From the IMG/VR virus record IMGVR_UViG_3300026512_000004, positions 20,653 to 84,652 of that record: a stretch of DNA of 64,000 bases, one strand, 5' to 3'. The position numbers and the translations under genes are program-made. A model generated the notes under the pieces. That model saw only the letters and a program-made list of their open reading frames with translations. It ran no database searches and was not told where the DNA came from. Shown in pieces: positions 27,541 to 34,957 of this stretch (positions are counted from its first letter, which is position 1; each line of letters begins with the position of its first letter). The stretch comes from a virus (Duplodnaviria; Heunggongvirae; Uroviricota; Caudoviricetes).

Positions 27541-27770
27541 CTAAGAAGACGCTCTAAGTCCCCTTCCTTACGGAAGGGGATGCGGAACGATGTCGTAAAA
27601 TGCCGTTATTGACAGGTATTAGATAGGGAACTCCTTACGAGTCTTCTGGATGGAGAAACTGGTCCTCTACTAGAAACTCCGTCTGGAGCGGAGTAGTTCA
27701 CTCTGAAGCAGTACATATATCACTATTATTTTGACGTGTCTAGCATCCGTTGTTACCCTGGAGTTAACGT
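27541..27770 (+). other. structured non-coding region (candidate small RNA / regulatory leader)
   Basis: 230 nt without an ORF, containing several inverted repeats. Confidence 0.25.
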
Positions 27771-28076
27771 ATGCGGTTTGTTCGACGTTCAACATTGGCT
27801 GTAACCAAACGTACAATACGTACTCGACGGATACCAGAAGTTTTACGATCTGATGCTCGTTGTTCTCTACAACAATATCGTTATCTACTTACTGTACTCG
27901 ACAAGTACAAACACGCGTTTATGATAAATACTGCATGTGATAACTGGATTATGTGTTTAACGTCTGATCCTATGGATGCGTTTTACTGGGGTGTTACGCC
28001 ACAAAATGAAATTTGGGCCTCTTGTACGATGAATATTATGGATAAATTTACTCTAGGAATGCAAACAGAACTATAG
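27771..28076 (+). CDS. hypothetical protein
   Basis: 101 aa ORF. Confidence 0.4.
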   Translation: MRFVRRSTLAVTKRTIRTRRIPEVLRSDARCSLQQYRYLLTVLDKYKHAFMINTACDNWIMCLTSDPMDAFYWGVTPQNEIWASCTMNIMDKFTLGMQTEL

Positions 28077-28111
28077 ATATTTCAACTAAACGAAGTAGAG
28101 TGAGGTTTAGA

Positions 28112-28993
28112 ATGAAGTTGTATGACTTATTAGCACAGGTGTTAGAGACAAAATACGACATATCCAAATTTCAGATATTCCCAGAAAACATAGACGCATA
28201 TGCTAATATAGACACATCTTTACCATTACGAGTTTATCTGGAGAGTACACGGATAGATGGATACTATGATTACAAATTATCTGATTCATTTTCGATAATC
28301 GATAATATATTCAGCAAAACACCTAACAACGACAAAGCATTTCAACTGTTTGTAAAATATATCAGAAAACGAATTGTACCGAAACTAATTACAAAAAGAA
28401 GTAAACAACATTATCCTGGAGAAATAACCGTTATAGGACTAGGAGGTGTCGGGTTCAACCTTTTATATAACTTATATCGTTTAAGGAAATTTAGTCTTAC
28501 CAAATGGAATCCTAAGATTAAGGTATACGAAGACGATTGTTTGGAGTGGCATAACATACCTAGACTACCTATACAATATCCTGTGTTTGATAGCGAACAT
28601 TGTAAAATTGAATATGCGAAATATCTCAAAGAGTATTTAAATATTCGGTTCTACAAGAAAAGATGGTCATTAAAAGACTATGATGGTAGTATAGTGATCG
28701 GCGCTCCTGATCTTAGAACGCGTCGTGAGATTGTTGAAAACAATATACCGCATCTCTTTATCCTGCATCAGAATGATGAGTTCTATATCAAACGCTATAA
28801 AACTTACCATGCTTTACCGATTACAGAAACATATGGAACTATTGACGTTTGTGTTCTCGCGTTCGGTGTATTAATAGCGACATTATTATTACCGTACCTT
28901 TTCAAGAAAGAAGATGTAGATATCACATATAAACCACGCGAACTGTTTGGTAAAATTGTTGAAATAGAAGGTTATAAATTCGAACTGGAGTAA
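28112..28993 (+). CDS. ThiF/MoeB/E1-like nucleotide-binding protein
   Basis: ITVIGLGGVGFNL Rossmann GxGxxG followed by KIKVYEDDCLEWHNIPRL (parallels E1/ThiF D-x-D-x-V-E-x-S-N-L-N-R); ATG 28112 preferred (SD GAGGT). Confidence 0.5.
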   Translation: MKLYDLLAQVLETKYDISKFQIFPENIDAYANIDTSLPLRVYLESTRIDGYYDYKLSDSFSIIDNIFSKTPNNDKAFQLFVKYIRKRIVPKLITKRSKQHYPGEITVIGLGGVGFNLLYNLYRLRKFSLTKWNPKIKVYEDDCLEWHNIPRLPIQYPVFDSEHCKIEYAKYLKEYLNIRFYKKRWSLKDYDGSIVIGAPDLRTRREIVENNIPHLFILHQNDEFYIKRYKTYHALPITETYGTIDVCVLAFGVLIATLLLPYLFKKEDVDITYKPRELFGKIVEIEGYKFELE

Positions 28994-28996
28994 GAA

Positions 28997-29821
28997 ATGC
29001 TGCAAGAGTGGTTAAAGGATTTAGTACTAAATATGATAAAAAATGATAGTCTTGTTATTGATAAATGGTATACTACCAGTTGGAATGGTACTTTGCCACT
29101 ACATGATGTTTCAGATTGTATTAGTATATTTCCAATTGACAAATTCACAATTAAGAAAGTAGACAACGTTAATTTGGAGTGGCTAATAAACAAAATAACA
29201 CATCCAAATGTGTACGGTATCTTAATTGCTGATGACTCTAAACTACAATATGTAAATCCCTTAACTGATCTCTATTTCTACCCGGATAGAATTTTACAAA
29301 GGAGATATCAAACCTGTTACATCTACTATTTGAAGAATGAAATTAAAGCAGATAAAACAAGTATGCAAATTGCTAATTCTATCGTAGAGTTTATGAAAAC
29401 ATTACTATACAAAGAAGATAAGCTAAAAACACATCAATTTGATCCAAATACACCGCTTAAGAAATTAATAGAGGAAGAAATTGAACTCTTATCTGATGAT
29501 GAGAATGTTGTTCTTCCTGTGTCTATTACCGTATGGAGTGGTATAGTTACACCCTGGTATAGCATGTATATGATTCGGAGAGAAAAAGATAAATATCGCG
29601 GGTACAGAATATGTGGATATTTGACAGGTAACATTTCTTCAGAGGATCATGAGGTTTGTTTCGGCAGTAGAATGCCAACGAACAAATCAGATATTATAGA
29701 TATCATGAGAAAACAAAACTACGACAGTGTCTATTTCACACGCGTTTTACCTGAAAACTGGGATACAATCTTAGCAGCATTTAAAATCGCAGCTTTGAAA
29801 ATTTTGGAAGATGCGGTATAA
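28997..29821 (+). CDS. hypothetical protein
   Basis: 274 aa; HPNV and later ...EDHEVCFG; no firm assignment. Confidence 0.4.
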   Translation: MLQEWLKDLVLNMIKNDSLVIDKWYTTSWNGTLPLHDVSDCISIFPIDKFTIKKVDNVNLEWLINKITHPNVYGILIADDSKLQYVNPLTDLYFYPDRILQRRYQTCYIYYLKNEIKADKTSMQIANSIVEFMKTLLYKEDKLKTHQFDPNTPLKKLIEEEIELLSDDENVVLPVSITVWSGIVTPWYSMYMIRREKDKYRGYRICGYLTGNISSEDHEVCFGSRMPTNKSDIIDIMRKQNYDSVYFTRVLPENWDTILAAFKIAALKILEDAV

Positions 29822-30707
29822 CGTCTCTGCTATTACAAAAGAGATACAACTCGCTAGGAAAATACAACGTGTCAAAGATGAATACAGTGAGGACAGAGTT
29901 ATAATATGTGTTCAGAAAGATACAGTATTAGACGAAATACAGAACTTGGTAGAACCGAGGGTTGGCGATGCGGAGTTTCAAGTACATGGACACACACTAC
30001 ACATACCGATAGACCGTATAGATGTAATAATACCTATTTATTACTTCAGTATTCCACAGACGTGTTCACATTCGAACATCGAATATTCGTTAGATGATCT
30101 TAGAGTGAGGATACAAGATACAAAAGAGTTAGCTAAAGAATATGTAAAAAAACTAGATTTAGGCCTTACATGCAGATTGATAGTCGATGGTATCTCTATA
30201 CACAAACATCCTGGTCGATTTGGATTTTCATCGACTGATCTGTCAAAAACATTAGATCCCGCGAGCGTAGTTTACAGATCTGAAAAAGCGGATGACAAAA
30301 TACAAGTTGACTGTATTCTCGCAGAAGGAGAGATATATACTGCAGAAGGAAAAGTTGTAAATGTTAGACCTACAGATGATGATAACGTCGAAGGTACTTA
30401 TATGTGGTATCCTACTATAAATGCTACGTATTGTGGACAATATCACCCAATTCTGGGCAAGTTGGAAGATGTATACGGTAAATATAACTTAACATTTTAT
30501 CGATTAAAACCTACAAGATACGCACGACTCACACAAATTCTTGACTTTATAAGTGAAATCATAGATAAAATAGATCCGATAATTGACGTAAATCCAGAGG
30601 ATTACGATAGGAAGACATATAGCTATCTGTATGATGACGATGATGACGATGAGGACACAATATTTCCAAAACCAAAAACTATCAAAAGGACCTCCTTCAA
30701 TCTATAG
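29811..30707 (+). CDS. hypothetical protein with poly-Asp tail
   Basis: 298 aa; VHGHTLHIPIDRID; C-terminal DDDDDDED; stop codon lies inside repeat copy 1. Confidence 0.4.
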   Translation: MRYNVSAITKEIQLARKIQRVKDEYSEDRVIICVQKDTVLDEIQNLVEPRVGDAEFQVHGHTLHIPIDRIDVIIPIYYFSIPQTCSHSNIEYSLDDLRVRIQDTKELAKEYVKKLDLGLTCRLIVDGISIHKHPGRFGFSSTDLSKTLDPASVVYRSEKADDKIQVDCILAEGEIYTAEGKVVNVRPTDDDNVEGTYMWYPTINATYCGQYHPILGKLEDVYGKYNLTFYRLKPTRYARLTQILDFISEIIDKIDPIIDVNPEDYDRKTYSYLYDDDDDDEDTIFPKPKTIKRTSFNL

Positions 30708-30946
30708 GAACACATTTCCTATAGATTTCAGAAGTCCTGCGCCAGGACGACCCTGGGCAACCCCTCGCAGTCCCATGGACAATCTGTCCAGAGGGGACTG
30801 GAGGCTTATCAGATTGCGGAAGACAATTGGATTATGTAGTTTTACTATAACACACAGGTGAGATTTATAGTCTTACATACAACGGCTACACGAGATAAAG
30901 ATATGAGACTTTATTAAACAACAACTAGTTCAAAGGAGGTTGGCGT
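30686..30946 (+). repeat. structured intergenic module, copy 1 (about 260 nt)
   Basis: Shares near-identical blocks with 41121-41356: GGACCTCCTTCAATCTATAGG, an 88-nt core at 30735-30822 that contains two hairpins, then TGTAGTTTTACTAT...ACATACAACGGCTACACGAGAT...AACTAGTTCAAAGGAGGT ending at the ATG. Confidence 0.7.
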
Positions 30947-31111
30947 ATGGCTGGAGGACTTAGAGACTTAATTAAACAAAAGATTACTGAAATCCTCGAA
31001 GAAGAACTCAAGGAAGCTCTTGAAGAGGTGCTTACTGAAGAGTCTAGCGAACCCGAAGAGGTAGAGTGTACACCTGCTAAGGGTGATGCAGCTTCTGGAT
31101 TTGTAGCCTAA
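30947..31111 (+). CDS. small acidic protein (54 aa)
   Basis: Strong SD AAAGGAGGT 7 nt upstream; MAGGLRDLIKQKITEILEEELKEALEEVLTEESSEPEEVECTPAKGDAASGFVA; followed by a terminator. Confidence 0.5.
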   Translation: MAGGLRDLIKQKITEILEEELKEALEEVLTEESSEPEEVECTPAKGDAASGFVA

Positions 31112-31122
31112 ACGTATAACAT

Positions 31123-31155
31123 GGGCGGACCATCGGGTCCGCCTCTTTGTCTTTC
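31123..31155 (+). terminator. rho-independent terminator
   Basis: GGGCGGACC-ATC-GGGTCCGCC followed by TCTTTGTCTTTC. Confidence 0.7.
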
Positions 31156-31257
31156 AAACTATATACATGTTACTTTTCGTATTGATAGATCTTGTGTTAG
31201 ACAACTTATTCGTATGTACCAAAAAGTACGATTAATCTTTTTTGTCTGTATTAAAAG

Positions 31258-31524
31258 ATGGAAGAGATTTGGCCGAAAATAGAGGAACGATATCGTAAAG
31301 ACTCGTACTTAAGACGTCTAGCAATTTTATATCATATTCGTGAATTGTACGTTAAAGAAGAGGCAGCTTTATTAAAAGACAGTTGTGCATTTAGAGAAGA
31401 AGCTTGGTTAAAGGAATTAGCGGATTTGTACATATTGCTGCAAATGCATGCAAAATTCGATCAAAAGTTCGCTGAATTAGTTGAAAAACGTAAAATACGT
31501 TTTGTTGAAAAAATATTCAGCTGA
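31258..31524 (+). CDS. hypothetical protein
   Basis: 88 aa ORF. Confidence 0.4.
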   Translation: MEEIWPKIEERYRKDSYLRRLAILYHIRELYVKEEAALLKDSCAFREEAWLKELADLYILLQMHAKFDQKFAELVEKRKIRFVEKIFS

Positions 31525-31532
31525 AGTAGAAC

Positions 31533-32474
31533 ATGAGTAGTCTAAATGAACGATTTCACATTAAATCGATACTGAAAATTTTCTGTATAATATCTGTGTT
31601 AATAATAATGGCCACAGGATGTGTACGCGTAATCGAATCAGGTAAAACAGGTATCCGTGTTATACTAGGTAAATACAGTAAGAACGAATTAAACCCAGGT
31701 ATCCATCCCTGGATACCTATCATCTACGACATAAAAATAGTTGATACACGTGTTCATACTATCAACTATAAAGAAGTACCCGACAATAAAGGTCATGGTG
31801 TTATCAATCACAAACCAATTACTGTGTTAGATCAACGTGGTTTGCCCATCCAGGTGGAACTAACTGTTCAATATCGATTAGTACCTGATCATGCATCCGA
31901 AATGTTACAAGAATGGGGCGATAATTGGGAAGAGAAGTTAATTAATCCTATTTGTCGTGAAGTTATCAGAGATGTAATCGGTACTTACCCTGCAGAAATA
32001 ATACCCACTAAAAGACCTGAAATTGCTGCGAGAATTCAAAAAGATATAACCAGGAAAGTACAAGAACAGTCCAAAGGCGCTGTCCAAGTAATTGGTGTAC
32101 AGTTGAGAAACGTACATTTGCCACCCGAAATTGAAAAGAAAATTAAGGATGTACAGTTAGCTAAACAAGAGGCACAAAGAATGAAATATGTTGAAGAACA
32201 AGCTAAAAGACGTCAAGAAGTTAAAAGAATAGAGGCTGAAACTAAGAAAATTCAGAAAGTAATTGCAGCTCAAGCTGAAGCTGAAGCAACTCTGAAAAGA
32301 GCAGAAGCGATCGCTGAAGCGAATAGAAAACTGGCACAGACTATTACACCTAACTTGTTAAAGTGGAAAGAGTTAGAAGTACAGAAACAAATCGCAGAAA
32401 GTCTTGAGAAGAATCCGAATGTTAAATTGTTCTTAAACACACCTGCTGGAAATTTTTCACATGTGGTTAGATAG
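31533..32474 (+). CDS. SPFH/band-7 (stomatin/prohibitin/HflKC-like) membrane protein
   Basis: N-terminal TM (ILKIFCIISVLIIMATG), SPFH-like core, C-terminal Ala/Glu coiled coil (AQAEAEATLKRAEAIAEANRKLAQ). Confidence 0.65.
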   Translation: MSSLNERFHIKSILKIFCIISVLIIMATGCVRVIESGKTGIRVILGKYSKNELNPGIHPWIPIIYDIKIVDTRVHTINYKEVPDNKGHGVINHKPITVLDQRGLPIQVELTVQYRLVPDHASEMLQEWGDNWEEKLINPICREVIRDVIGTYPAEIIPTKRPEIAARIQKDITRKVQEQSKGAVQVIGVQLRNVHLPPEIEKKIKDVQLAKQEAQRMKYVEEQAKRRQEVKRIEAETKKIQKVIAAQAEAEATLKRAEAIAEANRKLAQTITPNLLKWKELEVQKQIAESLEKNPNVKLFLNTPAGNFSHVVR

Positions 32475-32493
32475 TGATAAGTAGTAAATCAGT

Positions 32494-32527
32494 CAGACGG
32501 GCTTTTATGCCCGTCGTTCTGTTTTGG
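32494..32527 (+). terminator. rho-independent terminator
   Basis: GACGGGC-TTTTAT-GCCCGTC followed by GTTCTGTTTTGG. Confidence 0.7.
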
Positions 32528-32742
32528 TAAATGGAACTATAGATATTTTCGGTAAACTTTACAAAAGAAGAACTCAAAGTATACTTGATAATCTTTATAC
32601 TTTGCTGGTAAAGTGGTAGATGGAGATACTCTCGGTATAGATTTGAGATTTAATTGTCGGCTAACTGTACGCACCCGTATGAAAGGTTGTGATACAGGAC
32701 AATAAACCTATATTAAAATTGAGCACTCTAACAATAGGAGCA

Positions 32743-33063
32743 ATGAGTCAAAAACTTCTAGTCGGTGGATTAAACAACCCGCTGATATCGTTACCATGCA
32801 TGTATTGTGATAAGTTTCGTATCTTTTCCAAAGCGTTAAAACAGACAGTACAAGAAGAAGACTTTAGTGCAGATTTAGCATTGAACAACATTACAGACTA
32901 CGAGAATTTTTGGTTCTGTGAAAAGTTATATGAACAGGGTAAAATGTGTATTATTTGTTACTCTGTATTGTGTGACAAAGGTTGTTACAACGAACACGAA
33001 AAAGTGCAGCTAACAGAATTAGGCAATACTATCAAAATGAAAGGAAGTTGTGCGTCAACATGA
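32743..33063 (+). CDS. Cys-rich zinc-finger protein
   Basis: CMYCDKF...CEKLYEQGKMCIICYSVLCDKGCYNEHE; ATG 32743 (SD AGGAG) preferred over GTG 32689. Confidence 0.4.
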   Translation: MSQKLLVGGLNNPLISLPCMYCDKFRIFSKALKQTVQEEDFSADLALNNITDYENFWFCEKLYEQGKMCIICYSVLCDKGCYNEHEKVQLTELGNTIKMKGSCAST

Positions 33064-33584
33064 TTTACAAAATCACTAAATACGACTTGACACAACCCGA
33101 TACTCCAGATAGTGTAATCGAGCAATTAAGCCAGGATTTGGAGAAAACATTAGATCGTGCTATATTGTACACCAATGTACCAAGTGTAGTCGAAATAGCG
33201 GGGATAAAGGATAGTGGCAATGACTGGATAACAAAATGGAGAGGGAATTTATATCTAAAAGCAAACGGAGTAAAAGGTAAGTTTATAAGTTCTGTTGATG
33301 GTGCACTTTTTGAAACAATTTATCAAATACAACTAATAGTACGATATGGTACATCTTTTGACTTAATCAGTAGAAATTATTTACAGATTTTCAACCTTGT
33401 AGATCCTCAAGACGTTAAATATGGTGACAATGAAATACTTGTTAACGGTATATTCCACCGTGTGATACTGAGGCCACTACCTGGACATCAACTGACATCT
33501 AGTATGTCATTTCAGTTTAGAATTAATACGTCAAATATAACCCTGATTGTTGACCCGAACAAGAAATTTTCGATAACCGTGTAA
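33060..33584 (+). CDS. hypothetical protein
   Basis: ATGA overlap with upstream stop (translational coupling); track ORF starts earlier at 32982. Confidence 0.45.
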   Translation: MIYKITKYDLTQPDTPDSVIEQLSQDLEKTLDRAILYTNVPSVVEIAGIKDSGNDWITKWRGNLYLKANGVKGKFISSVDGALFETIYQIQLIVRYGTSFDLISRNYLQIFNLVDPQDVKYGDNEILVNGIFHRVILRPLPGHQLTSSMSFQFRINTSNITLIVDPNKKFSITV

Positions 33585-33608
33585 AAATAAAAAAGGAGGA
33601 AAGTGAAA

Positions 33609-34064
33609 ATGGCCAATTTTAATGATCAAATGAATGACAAAATTGCCAATTACATTGTCGACTTAACATTAGCAGAACAAAAAGAAGACGTACAAAAAAT
33701 TGTAGACAATATTCTAAACGAAGAAAATGCGAGAGAATACCTAACAGAACTACTGTTCAACATTCTTCCTATACACAACAAACCAAAGTTCAACCACAGT
33801 AAAGACAACTTCTTCGAAGCATGTGGTGTAGACAAAGATAAGGTAGTAAATCTTGCCAATAATATAGCCGATAAAATTGAGAACGATTGTCAATGGTCTC
33901 AAGTAGCTGAGGATATTTATAATTTTCTATATAGACAATCCGGTACATCTACATTAGAAAGAGTAGTTGCTTTGACAATGGTATTGCGTTCACTGTACAA
34001 AGATGCTGACGCAATACTAAAAAGTATAGTAGGAACGCTCCAGGAATATAAAAGTACAGATTAA
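33609..34064 (+). CDS. hypothetical protein
   Basis: SD AAAAAGGAGGAAAG; 152 aa. Confidence 0.45.
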   Translation: MANFNDQMNDKIANYIVDLTLAEQKEDVQKIVDNILNEENAREYLTELLFNILPIHNKPKFNHSKDNFFEACGVDKDKVVNLANNIADKIENDCQWSQVAEDIYNFLYRQSGTSTLERVVALTMVLRSLYKDADAILKSIVGTLQEYKSTD

Positions 34065-34070
34065 TTAGAG

Positions 34071-34100
34071 AAAAGGGGTCCCTATAGGACCCCTTTTTTG
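34071..34100. terminator. bidirectional terminator between convergent genes
   Basis: AAAAGGGGTCC-CTAT-AGGACCCCTTTTTTG: perfect hairpin flanked by A-run and T-run. Confidence 0.7.
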
Positions 34101-34119
34101 TTTGTCAGGACTGGTCAAA

Positions 34120-34887
34120 CTAACCTTGTATTGTGGCCATCATTCTGTCATAAGGATCATGTATACTGTACCCTTCAATGATAGATTCCGCGTATTTCTT
34201 TACCTGGTCATCAATAGAAGCGGTTATTGGCCATCCATCAAAGTGAAAAGTTACAGAATGTGTAACAAGGGCAGTTGTATTTATATCTTCATTACCAGCA
34301 GTATCCAAGGGTTCATTTTCAGGGAATACACCGTCGAAATAGAATGCGTCTTCTATTTCTGGTTTGTAATTTGAGTTAGCACCAATTGGTTTTATCAGAG
34401 CGACAATACAGGAACCTTTGTATTTTAAGGCTGTTAACTTATCTAAGGGACTGAACCCGCTGTAGGGTTCTAATACACTAGTCCATTTACGAATGATATT
34501 ATAGATACGAAGATACTCGTATTCACGGAATACTAAAGTGAAAGTACGTGTAATATTCTGGCCAACCACAAAATCAGCAGAAACTCCACCGATACCAGGT
34601 ACCGTATCCACGTTTAAAGTTCTAGTGGGTGGGGTAAACTGTTCACAAGTACAAGATAACCAAAGTTCGGCATCCTGTTTATCCTTACCAAAAATAGCCT
34701 CGGGTAACCGAAAGCAAACGAAGAAGTAACCCGTTACACGAGGGTGACTATCAAAAAGGGAACCACCAGCAAATCTGTTAAAGATACTGGGTTTCGTATA
34801 TTTAGACTCTTTATTACCGTCTGCTGTGCGGGCAATTACGCCTTGATTTTCAAGTGCTTCAAAAATGCTATTACCATTTAATGCCAT
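34120..34887 (-). CDS. tail tube protein (candidate)
   Basis: 255-aa gene immediately downstream of sheath gene on same strand, the canonical sheath-tube order; no motif. Confidence 0.45.
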   Translation of the reverse strand: MALNGNSIFEALENQGVIARTADGNKESKYTKPSIFNRFAGGSLFDSHPRVTGYFFVCFRLPEAIFGKDKQDAELWLSCTCEQFTPPTRTLNVDTVPGIGGVSADFVVGQNITRTFTLVFREYEYLRIYNIIRKWTSVLEPYSGFSPLDKLTALKYKGSCIVALIKPIGANSNYKPEIEDAFYFDGVFPENEPLDTAGNEDINTTALVTHSVTFHFDGWPITASIDDQVKKYAESIIEGYSIHDPYDRMMATIQG

Positions 34888-34957
34888 TGTAAATCCTCGT
34901 CATTTTTATAAATAAGTCTCAAACAAAAAGACGGGGTCAAACGACCCCGTTATAAAC

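Noticed and set aside
29811-30707. Possible JAB/MPN metalloprotease (HGHTLHIPIDRID)
   Set aside because: The HxH is not followed by the Sx2D spacing of the JAMM motif, and no upstream Glu context is clear. It is left as hypothetical.
30631-30861. 76-aa + strand ORF in the six-frame track
   Set aside because: It is a translation of the non-coding repeat module; its homologous region in copy 2 (41.1 kb) is not an ORF, so it is likely spurious.
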